DNA of 63,605 bases, filler included, from Hyphochytrium catenoides (taxonomy: Eukaryota; Protista; Hyphochytriomycota), in the NCBI GenBank assembly GCA_900088475.1. It is 7 parts of 7 records of this genome, joined end to end, with 100 filler letters (N's around TTAATTAATTAA, not from the genome) between each part and the next. Parts side by side here need not be neighbours in the genome. Positions count along the whole stretch, not along the records: positions 54,105 to 55,727 come from FLMG01002174.1; positions 55,828 to 63,605 come from FLMG01001512.1; 5 more parts are not named here. The stretch is one strand, 5' to 3'. The position numbers and the translations under genes are program-made. The notes beneath the pieces were generated by a model, which saw only the letters and a program-made list of their open reading frames with translations, did not search any database and had not been told where the DNA came from. Of this stretch, positions 54,105 to 63,605 are shown one piece after another (the first letter of the stretch is position 1; each line of letters begins with the position of its first letter).

Positions 54105-54575
54105 GGAGCTGTTTCTCTCTTCTTTCTCGTCTCCTTCTTCCTCTGCTTCTGACTCTTCTTCTTCATCGGCTTCTTCGTCATCAGTAGAGGTAGAGATGTC
54201 TCCTCTTTCTCTCTCTTTTTCGGTGAGTCTTTCCTCAGGATCATAGTCATCATCGCTCGAGCTAGCAGGGGCGCAGACAAGAGATGAGAACGACTAATTG
54301 GAGAGGCTTATGGGGCAGGGAGAAGAAAGAGAAAAGAGAGAGAGAGTGTACGGAGAGAGAGCGAAGTATTTTATGAACTATAGGCAAGAAAAGAGAGGAC
54401 TACACGGCGAAAAGAGAGACATATAAACATAGGGGAAAAGACGAAAAACCTTGAGTCCTCTTCGTCTGCCTCTTGCGCGCCCTCCTTGTGATGGGGTTTG
54501 TCTCCCTAAGAGCGTTTAATCAGAGAGAAAGTTAAGGACCTTGCCTTCAAAGTAGCGTCTTCTCTCTCTCCTCTG

Positions 54576-54629
<54 letters not shown>

Positions 54630-54882
54630 CTCTTTCTTGAGACTGTTGCTGCTCTAACCCTGTAAGAAGTTCTCGCGTGATTCCGTTAAGGTCTACGCTT
54701 CTTTCCTTGCTCCCTCCCTCCTCATGAGTCTCTCTCCTTTATCTCTTGATCCTCCTATCCGCGGTCACTGTTTCCTTCCTCAAAAGATGTACCTTACGCT
54801 GCAATCTTCTCAGTGAGTCCGTGAACTCTGCAATAGGACCTTGTTCGTTCCTGTCTATCATGCCAAACTCCACCTGCTCATG

Positions 54883-54946
<64 letters not shown>

Positions 54947-55554
54947 GGAGAAATAGAAAGGTGAACAGAGAGAGAGGAAAAATGCGGAGAGGAAGCAGGG
55001 GAGGGAGAGAACAAGATTCCCCGGTCACAAGAGAAGAGGAGGGGATGAGCTGACGGTCGACAGGCAGACGATGAGGTGACCAGGGTAAAATAGTCAATGA
55101 TCTGAGTCCCGTAAGAGAGACAATGGTAGAGAGAGAGAAAGAAAGAGACACAAGAGAGAGAGAGTGTGCGAGAGAGAAAGGGCAAGAGAGGGGTATCAGA
55201 CAGGCATACAGACAGTACCCTAACCTTGGATCCGTCTGAAAGTTCCACCACCAGATCAAACGTCCGTGCACTGCCGCTACGGCTGGACTGAGGATGTGGA
55301 GAGAGAGAGAGAGAGAGGCCACAAGAGAGATAGAGGGGCCACAAGAGAAAATGGATTGAAGACAGAGAGAGATGGATAAGGACAACAGTAAGAGATGGAT
55401 CAGAGAAAGACAGAGGTGGAAGAGTAGAAAGAGAGAGAACGAGAGATGCAGCTGTGCTGCCGGGAAACGGAGGAGAAAAAAGAAGTAGAACTCTACCTGC
55501 AGAGAAGAGATTTCTTTGATTGGGAGAAAGAGGTAGGGCCTCATAAAGAATAAC
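54105..55554 (-). CDS. Internal fragment of an Rtt106/SSRP1-like histone chaperone (PH-like domain + acidic tail)
   Basis: Spliced exons give LFFMRPYLFLPIKEISSLQ/SSRSGSARTFDLVVELSDGSK/VEFGMIDRNEQGPI..., then the acidic region EADEEDS/SSDDDYDPEE...DDEEADEEEESEAEEEGDE. Both ends are truncated. Confidence 0.75.
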
Positions 55555-55671
55555 CTGAGAGAGACAGAGGATTACTTTATATCTAGCTAGCATCTGCTGT
55601 CTCTTCGCACAATGCTATTCTAACTCTCTCTTCCTCTGTCTATTCTCTCTCTGTCTGCTCTCTGTTTGTCT

Positions 55672-55724
<53 letters not shown>

Positions 55725-55727
55725 GAC

Positions 55728-55827
55728 NNNNNNNNNNNNNNNNNNNNNNNNNNNNNNNNNNNNNNNNNNNNTTAATTAATTAANNNNNNNNNNNNNNNNN
55801 NNNNNNNNNNNNNNNNNNNNNNNNNNN
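55728..55827. other. Artificial contig-joining linker
   Basis: N44-TTAATTAATTAA-N44. Confidence 0.98.
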
Positions 55828-58800
55828 CATGAGAAACGGCAGCCGATTTCTGGAGGTTATCTTCTCTGGACGGCGTCTACAAGAGAGATTATACGGTCTC
55901 CATCGAAGACCCCAAACGCCTGACACCTAGTCTCTCTGCTAAAAGTCCAGATACCCCAACTTTTACTGTACTGTAATCATTCGTAACAGAATCCGCACAC
56001 TTTATACGGGATCAGAATGGGAATTATTCTTCAGTTGTGAGAATATTTACGCTATGTGGTTTAATGTTCCGGAAGAAAATTTTGCTGTTTTTGGCAGGAC
56101 AAGCTCGTACTCGGGCCAAGCAACTTTTTCAGCTATATCCAGGTACAAGTACTTACTTTCGAATTGAAAGTGGATTCCCATCATCTCCATTCCGCTCTCA
56201 CATAGCCAAATCCACCTTCCTTCTGTAGAGGGGGAAAGGGTGTAGGGTCCAAAAAGTGTGGAGTGCCTATAGTCTGCCTTTATTAGTAGGATTCCTAGTG
56301 TCAGCGAAACTCGCTTCTTCTCTTCGTCCTCTTTATCAACTTTTCACCACCACTTCCTTACCCCCTATTCCCCCCCCTTCCCCCCCAATTAATGATGGCC
56401 TTCAAGGTATTCTTGATGGAAAAGCACATCCGGATGATGTCCTCTTATTGGAAATAAGTCCATTGTCACTTGACAATATCCGTCATTCAATCGTTATCGA
56501 TTCTGAGATTGATAGATTGGATGACCGTCTGAGAGAGGGAAATCTCCTCTCTCTCTCAGTTTGTCTTTTTCCCTCTCTCAGTCACGAGTCCCGCCGTCCA
56601 CGGCCGCTTTTGTCTTTCTTTCTCCCTTGGAAGCTTCTGAACTTATTGGAAAACTGAGAAGGCGCAACCATGTCGATTAGCGCCAAAGGAAATCACACAT
56701 TGGGTTGGAGTCATTGAATGTTGTTTACATCAATTAACAATAAACGAACAACGTTCAAAAGCAGACATTGTCTTCATGATAATGACGGTTGTAGAGGACT
56801 TCGTTCGTTCTGGTATCGGACTGAAACCAGCAAACTATGCTCACATTGTGGCTAAGTGGTGCTTGAAGGCCTCAGCGGCGTTAAACCTCAACATTGCTCT
56901 TGTTGTTGTGATTCTCTTCTTCTTACAAGATGATGAATAGCGTGCTGCCGCCGGTCCGCTAAAATAATAGAAAAGTCTTCCTCCAGTTGTTTCCACTTGT
57001 TTCAGTAGAGTGAAGATGAAGAAGAAGTGCCGTTGAAGCTGAAAATTCTGATGAAGAAGGTGACCTTCAGACTGATGAGTTGTTAAGGCGGGCCCCTGTG
57101 AGTTGTCTGAGGCTGCTTCAATGAAGCAGTTCGAATGATTCCTGCTTGCTGAAGATATGAAATGATGGTCTAGGCTGCAAGGCAAACAGTTAATTTCACT
57201 ACGGCTGCTGAGCCTACTTATGAAGCTTGCTTTAGGATGAGCAAATTTAACTTTGTTTAGGAGGCTGAGGACGATGGCCTTCCGCTGGATGATGAAGCGT
57301 GAATGATCACATCATTGAGCTGCTCGAATTGATGAAGGACGTCGTTGCTATCGCCGGCATGGTGGAAAAAAAAAGTACGCTGCTTAATCAGCGCTAAGAA
57401 GGTAAGGAGAATAATGTAGAGAGGAGATATCCATGTCATTTCAGTCGCATTCAACCAAGAGGTCCTCGCGCTTCAATATGAGAGCTCGACAAACAACAAG
57501 TACACACTGTTGTTGGCAGCTTAGCAACTCGGACTTCTTCTTCTTCTTCTTGCCACCCCTGCTGCTCTTTCCTCCAGAAGACAGCTAGTAGGGTAGCTAC
57601 TACCATGATACCACTACTCCTCATCATGTTACCACCTACAGACAGCTAGTAGGCAAGCTCCTCCTCCTGCCTGCTGCTGCTGCCGCCGAAGTAATACAGT
57701 CTGAATATAGTAAGGAAGAAGGCTGGCATAATAGCCGCTTGCATAAGAGAAGCTGATTACTACTTCTGTTTTTTCAACAATCTTCTGAATCTCCACACAT
57801 GTCCTTTAATTCTTGAATGGCAGCTTTGCTTCTCAAGGCAGACGGAAGAAAGTCAATCTACAAAGCTGGAGGTCGTCAGCCAAGTTGTGAAACCGGCGGG
57901 TCTCTCTGCACACCCCAGGTCATTATCTGGCAAGACGCTATTTCTAATTATAACAATAGACGCAACTAACATGAGCCACTACTACTTAGCGTACGTAGCG
58001 ATAAGTTCATTTAGGTTGAGTGTCGTGGCAAAGTATGTGTTCATTGACATCTTACTTGGTAATAGTTATTCCGTCTGTTCCGTCTTACTTACCCTTACCC
58101 TCCCTTAGGAGGGGTTGGGCCAGTGGAAGGCCTATAAGCCTCGATGATGCTGTCGGTATAGCTGCAATGCGTCGTGGGAGGTGTAGCGGGCGGAAGGCCT
58201 ATTGTCAGGCGTCGTCGTCATTGGAATCCCTGCTGGAAACACGAGCGTGTTGTATGGCGAATCGCGTTTAAATTGGAGGGGGCCGCCAGTGGATTTGTTC
58301 ATGATTGTTATGTTTGCGTTGTTTTGTGAAAAAAAAGCTGTTGGTCCTTAATGCTACTAATGGCTTGGTGCTTCCTAGTAGCAGCTTGACTTGAGTGTGA
58401 GCTGGTCAATTGAATAGTGAGCTGGTCTACAAAAGGAGTCATTGTGACCGTCCATCAGGCGGACCAACGTGAGAAACGTAACCCTGACCCCAAAGCGTTA
58501 TCTCGACTTCGCCTTTGTCCATTTAGCGATTTCGTATCGGTTTAATGCTCAGACAGCACCTCCACGTTCCTGGCCACCCTCAACCGACTGGCAGACCTGG
58601 GCAGCTAAGTTTGAAGATCTTCACTTGACGCTACTGCTTACGCTCATATCTGCTCTGCATGGTCACAGATCAAGGTCGAGTCCGGCCAAGCAGAGCTCTC
58701 ATCAATATTATGGAATGCAGAACTCCAATCGCGGCAATAACGCAAGTGACAGTGACAAAGGATATGGCAGTCTGGAAGTCAGTATATAGCTTAGTGCCCA

Positions 58801-59766
58801 TCCTTCAGTCTTCCTTTGTGACCTACAGGATTGGGGGTCAGCACACTCCCGCGAATTTGTCGAGATCGCTGCCTAAGGCACAAGTACGGCTTCCAGGGTC
58901 CAGCAGCGGCAACTGGGGTGTCACTGACCTCTTGAAGCTATCAGCTGTTCTCTCCAAGCTATCAGCTGTCCGATGGGCTCACACACAATTCTGGGGGATG
59001 AGCGCAGGCTTGGTCCATCATCCCAACTCTAGCAGAGACCGAAGAGACACTCCCTCCTCTGCGTCACCAACACTACTAACTCCGCTTATATTAATATACA
59101 GAAAAGCCTCCACATACTTGCGCACCAACCTTATGCGGCTTCACTGAGCCTCTTATTCTTGGTTCAAGTAGTCCAAGACTGCATTAACTTCGCTATTATC
59201 AGAAGGCCATTCGTCGGAACGTTAAGACAGCATAAGAAGCAGCATAGATCAAATGTTTTCCATGATCCTCGCATTGTCGCCATATTGGGATAGCAAGTAG
59301 TGGCTGCTAAGACGATTGCTTGTTATTGGTCGCTAAAGAAGAAGACACGAACCTCTCCGCTCTCCTTGTCGTCGATAGTCATGTCGGAAGAGGGCATAGA
59401 GAATATGGGAAACAATTTTGTCGTCGTGTATTACTTCTGGCGGCATGGTCAACAAGAAGTAAATACTGCAAACGCCCTTACGTACGCATCGTATCGACAT
59501 CTTACTCGTTCAAGTTGCTCGTTCCAGCGTAAAATAGATTCTAATCCTAGCGGCAACACCGCTTCCTAATTATTGAAACAGTAGTGAGCTCTGGGGGTCT
59601 CTATACTCCTAGTTACTCAAGTCATACAAAGACCTATATATTGAGCAGTTCTCTCATAGTCTGACCTTCAGACATGTTGGAGCTTATTACTAGCTTACTT
59701 TTACTACCATGCCACCACTCAACAAGTAAGGAAAGCAGAGTAGTCGGAGCACTCTCGTTGGACATG

Positions 59767-62700
59767 TTATTTGGCAATGACCAGCCGCAGAGGTGGCGCC
59801 TTCACCCATTTCATGGCTTCACGAATATCTGAGTCTTTGACTGTCTTGTAGACTAGATTTTCGTTCATCCTAATGAAGAAAAAGCGAAAGAAAAGGAAAA
59901 AGAACAGGTAGAGATGAGCGCAGAATGCCACTACGAAGAAGGCCGTAAATATGGAGTAGATAAAGCTTGTGGAGCTTGAATCGGTCGCGCCCTCCTCGCC
60001 TGAACTATAAGAACTCCCTGCTGCTGCTGCTGGTGTTGTTGGATAGAAGCTTCCACTCAAGGACCCGTCAGAGGAAGAAGTTGACGACCAGGTAGATGAA
60101 GACGACGTTGAGTAAACGCTCCCACCACTCGAGGCTGATGAAGGTGTTCCACTGTAATAAGAGTAAGACCCGCTAGTGCTTCCCGACCCTGTCACTGCAT
60201 CAGAAGAATACGTTGTTGTTGAGTCGTTCGTAGTGTCTGATGATGTAGAGGATGAGGCAATCATGTCCATCGCTGCCTCCAGGAAGACGTACGAGCCCAG
60301 GCCCATCAGGAAACAACAGAAAAGATGGAAACTAAAATGAACGGGGAGGTATGACAAGAGCTTCCCACTACAGCCAAGCTTCTCACGTTTTGTTGCCACC
60401 TTCTGTTTGAGGAGTTCACCTTCACCATCATTTTTTCCTGGACCTGCCAGCAAATCAAGGACTTTAGGGTAAGAGTAGCCGTAATCCAATCCCATGGGAA
60501 AGCTTGGGTGAGAGGCATGCTGGAGAGCGTCCAGGTACATGTCGAGGTTGCGTGTTATAAGTTCGTGAGCGCACCCCAACTCGGAGCTTTCTAGAAGCGT
60601 TTTTGGCTGTGAGACATCTTTGGGGAGGTAATAGGCTACTAAGGGCGACAGTGACCTAATGGTTGCGGTGGTCACCTCGATCCTCTTGAACACGTGTAGT
60701 TCGTTATCAAGGAAAGCTTCCTCACATAGCAGGTGCTTGAGATAGACCTCATACCAAGCCGTTTTGTATTTGGAGTTCTTGTCAAGCTTGTGAACAGGGA
60801 GCTCTTCCGAATAGACTCCGATAAGTTTGGTGCAAAAGTCGACCACTTTGTCATACTTCTTTTGAGCCTTGTAGATCTCTTTCAAGAGGTTCAGAGAATC
60901 TCGGATATCCACATGCGCCGGACTTAGCCGCTGAACTTGCATAAGTATACAGCTCTCGAGCTCCACCTGAGCGTTCTCGATAGCGCTACCGCTGCTGCTG
61001 CTGTTCTCCTTAGCCGCTGGTTCTTGTTGGGAACTTTCTTTCTTGTGGTCCTTCTTCTTAGCCATGGCGCTACCAGTAATAATCAAGTTCTTCGACATTA
61101 AAACGTCCTCCGTATTCGTCTTAGTTCGATGAATGACTGATTCCGCATTCTTTATCCGTTGGAGGACGTTGGCTTGGAAGAAGACGGAGCTAACACCTTC
61201 ATTGAGCCACCTCAAGAGCTTTTTCCAAGGGCTAGGGTTCTCATACTCCGCCACGGTATGCTGTGCGTAGTACATCAAGGATAGAACATATCTTGCATGC
61301 AGCTGTCGTGGATGATGCTCCTTGAGTTGCTTTCCAAGTTCAGCAATGATCCCTTTGATATCTGCTTCATCCTTAGTATAAAATACAGCTTTTGGCGCTT
61401 TCTCAGCTAGCCATGACTTTTCGTGTATGCACCGTAAGAAGCGAGTTTCGAAGCGACACAACTGGAATTGAAGCGATATCGGGTGATTCTCGTCCAGAGC
61501 TTCTAGATCTTTCCATTCAGGCAATATCGACTCAAGATCATCCTTTGCTTTATCCCATTCGTTCAGACGCATTGTAGTCCACACTTGTTCCAAGCGGAGG
61601 CGCAATTTCCAGATCTCTTGTGATGCTTCCTCAGTGAATTTCTGGAGGAACTTGTCTTTTGGGGTCTTCTCAGCGGTCTCCATTGAAGTAATAGCCGTCC
61701 TAAAAATGCTCCTTGACTCTTCAAGCAAGATGCGGCTCTTCTTGATATCTTTGACGGTCGTGCCGAGAGCGCTCAGGACGAAACCAGCTGTCAAACTGCG
61801 AATGTAGCTGTTCTCATTATCACCGCTCTTTAATTTGGAGATGAAGAGTTCAAGACTTTCAGCTTCCTCAGCCATAAGTCGCAGAGTGACGTAGTTGGGG
61901 TCGCAAAACATAGCGTCGCGAAATCTGATCTCGTTAGGGTAAAGCTGTTTGCGAGTCCATTCGTATCTTTCGTGGGAGCCTTTCTTCTCTCCAGCTGCAA
62001 CCTCCGGAAGAGGAGCCGCTCTCATGGCTTGATGCTCATCTAGGATCATTACTATGGGTGTATCTTCAGGTAAAGGAAGGTTCAAGGGCCCATACGGCAA
62101 ATTGAAGTTTGTCGTCTCCTTGAGCTCATAAAAACCTCCAATCTGGAGCTGAAGTTCGCATACATGCCCGATGGCGCAAGTGCTGCGAAGGCTAAGCTTC
62201 ACATCCCGGTAGCCTCCAGGGACTGGCTTGTCCAAACGACCGAGGGTATTCTTAACTCTTACCACAACGAAAGGACAATTATTCTCGACATCCTTGGACC
62301 CAGGAGCGGCAGAACTTGCGAGGTTATCCTTCCCAGCAAAACAACTTCGTAGAATCCTGTCGAGACCACGAAGGAGATCTACTGCATCCTTGAAGATGAT
62401 GGTAGCTCTTACAACATCAATGACCCTATGGTAGCTCCCGTCGTATTCCTTCTTGGCCTTCTGCGTTATCCTATCCTCAGCCTTAAGCGGCCCAAAGATC
62501 ACATGGGGACTAGTCCCGCTGTCTGCTCCCATGGCAGCAAGCTTGACGATGAACTCGTCAAATTTCTTTTTCACCACTCTAGCATCATTTTTCAGTGTCG
62601 TCGCATCGTAATACTTGCCACCGCTGTGTTCAGGATTTATATCCACCGTCGAATACTCGAGCACCATGTCGGTCTTCTTAAGTACATCCTTCTTTTTGAT

Positions 62701-62913
62701 TACCCTTTCAAACAAGGTATCGTAGTTCGTGGTATCAGCAATGGTACTTGCCACCATGTCAAGCGTATCGATGAAGTTGTCGTAGAACTTTTTGATTTTC
62801 TGGAGGTCCTTCTGGTCGTCGTTGACTTCGTTAGATCGTGGCCCTCCGCCTCCTCTTGACGCATTAATAATTATCTCCCCCTCGGAGGCATGGAAGGGGA
62901 TGATGGCAGCCAT
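59767..62913 (-). CDS. Intronless ~1048-aa protein: N-terminal RelA/SpoT-like nucleotidyltransferase domain, TPR-like helical region, two C-terminal TM helices flanking a Ser/Thr-rich loop
   Basis: Motifs in RSH-synthetase order: GPLKAEDRITQK, DVVRATI, VRVKN, GGYRDVKL, CELQL, HERYE (~62500-61960). TPR-like segments HHPRQLHARYVLSLMYYAQ and AHVDIRDSLNLLKEIYKAQKKYDKV. Hydrophobic stretches at ~60280-60360 and ~59870-59965. Confidence 0.82.
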   Translation of the reverse strand: MAAIIPFHASEGEIIINASRGGGGPRSNEVNDDQKDLQKIKKFYDNFIDTLDMVASTIADTTNYDTLFERVIKKKDVLKKTDMVLEYSTVDINPEHSGGKYYDATTLKNDARVVKKKFDEFIVKLAAMGADSGTSPHVIFGPLKAEDRITQKAKKEYDGSYHRVIDVVRATIIFKDAVDLLRGLDRILRSCFAGKDNLASSAAPGSKDVENNCPFVVVRVKNTLGRLDKPVPGGYRDVKLSLRSTCAIGHVCELQLQIGGFYELKETTNFNLPYGPLNLPLPEDTPIVMILDEHQAMRAAPLPEVAAGEKKGSHERYEWTRKQLYPNEIRFRDAMFCDPNYVTLRLMAEEAESLELFISKLKSGDNENSYIRSLTAGFVLSALGTTVKDIKKSRILLEESRSIFRTAITSMETAEKTPKDKFLQKFTEEASQEIWKLRLRLEQVWTTMRLNEWDKAKDDLESILPEWKDLEALDENHPISLQFQLCRFETRFLRCIHEKSWLAEKAPKAVFYTKDEADIKGIIAELGKQLKEHHPRQLHARYVLSLMYYAQHTVAEYENPSPWKKLLRWLNEGVSSVFFQANVLQRIKNAESVIHRTKTNTEDVLMSKNLIITGSAMAKKKDHKKESSQQEPAAKENSSSSGSAIENAQVELESCILMQVQRLSPAHVDIRDSLNLLKEIYKAQKKYDKVVDFCTKLIGVYSEELPVHKLDKNSKYKTAWYEVYLKHLLCEEAFLDNELHVFKRIEVTTATIRSLSPLVAYYLPKDVSQPKTLLESSELGCAHELITRNLDMYLDALQHASHPSFPMGLDYGYSYPKVLDLLAGPGKNDGEGELLKQKVATKREKLGCSGKLLSYLPVHFSFHLFCCFLMGLGSYVFLEAAMDMIASSSTSSDTTNDSTTTYSSDAVTGSGSTSGSYSYYSGTPSSASSGGSVYSTSSSSTWSSTSSSDGSLSGSFYPTTPAAAAGSSYSSGEEGATDSSSTSFIYSIFTAFFVVAFCAHLYLFFFLFFRFFFIRMNENLVYKTVKDSDIREAMKWVKAPPLRLVIAK

Positions 62914-63605
62914 TGTCAGCACTACTGCTGTGACTCAAGTGAGTGGGTGGTCGAGCTTCTCAGGAGCCCTAATGTGAAAAGTGTGAGGCCGACCAGGCGC
63001 TTGCCCTGGAAAGACAGAAAACTAGACAAGAGCAACTTCGTGGAGCTCGAGAATCTTAAAACTGAAGGCTACTCTCCTCCTGCCAAGCACCGTTCCTCTT
63101 CTTGTGAGGGTAACATGATGCTCAATCGGACTCTTCTCTCTCTCGTCTTCTTCACCAAGAAGCTGACATAGTATTTCTTAGCAACAGCGTAAGCGCGGCT
63201 GTTGTGGCAGTAGGGTGATTGATCTTGAGCAGCTCCTCCTGTTGTTGTTGCCCATCATTGAGAGGAGGGACCCGTACAAAGACAGCATTTCAGCATTGTT
63301 ATCCTCACCAGGAGTAACCCCTAGTTAGCGGCGCCAGGGCTAGCTGCTGAAACTGCCCTACCGTTTAGATCCTGCTAGTTTCCACTATTTGACAGGAAGG
63401 GGCATACATAGGGAATCCTCATGTGGTCCCCCACCATACACGTCTCTATCGCCTTCCCTGTCCTTACCATCACCGCACAACGGTCTTAATGAATCAGGAG
63501 CAAGCCTTTCTTCCTGCGGTCGGAGCCAAACCTTTCCGCTCGTGACCGTAATAAACTGTGGAGTATGAGGCACTCTCGATGAAGCTTAGAAAAAAAGTTG
63601 GTGGG

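Noticed and set aside
55828-59700. Possible partner (hydrolase/antitoxin) gene next to the RelA/SpoT-like gene
   Set aside because: None of the short ORFs shows HD-domain or other recognisable motifs, so no multi-gene system can be claimed.

Overview
Eukaryotic genomic DNA, probably a stramenopile protist (the PDR transporter and ankyrin gene look oomycete-like; this is inferred from recognised motifs, not a search). Genes have GT-AG introns and the DNA is extremely rich in (CT)n/(GA)n microsatellite, which creates most of the spurious SL/ER-rich ORFs in the track. The window is not contiguous: six artificial N44-TTAATTAATTAA-N44 linkers join seven contigs (1-21099, 21200-29574, 29675-43455, 43556-47399, 47500-54004, 54105-55727, 55828-63605). 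Genes spliced by hand: eIF4A, a full-size ABCG/PDR transporter, an intronless ankyrin-repeat gene, an ABCC/MRP transporter, COP9 subunit CSN3, a large helical+SPRY+DUF4246-like fusion with substituted metal ligands, a bZIP-like+SnoaL-like gene, a Popeye/cNMP-binding membrane protein with a mitochondrial-type presequence, an Rtt106/SSRP1-like fragment and three partial hypothetical genes. The best novelty candidate is an intronless ~1048-aa protein (59767-62913, minus) combining an apparently intact RelA/SpoT-type nucleotidyltransferase domain, TPR-like repeats and two C-terminal TM helices around a Ser/Thr-rich loop. It may be a membrane-anchored alarmone or second-messenger synthase in a protist.
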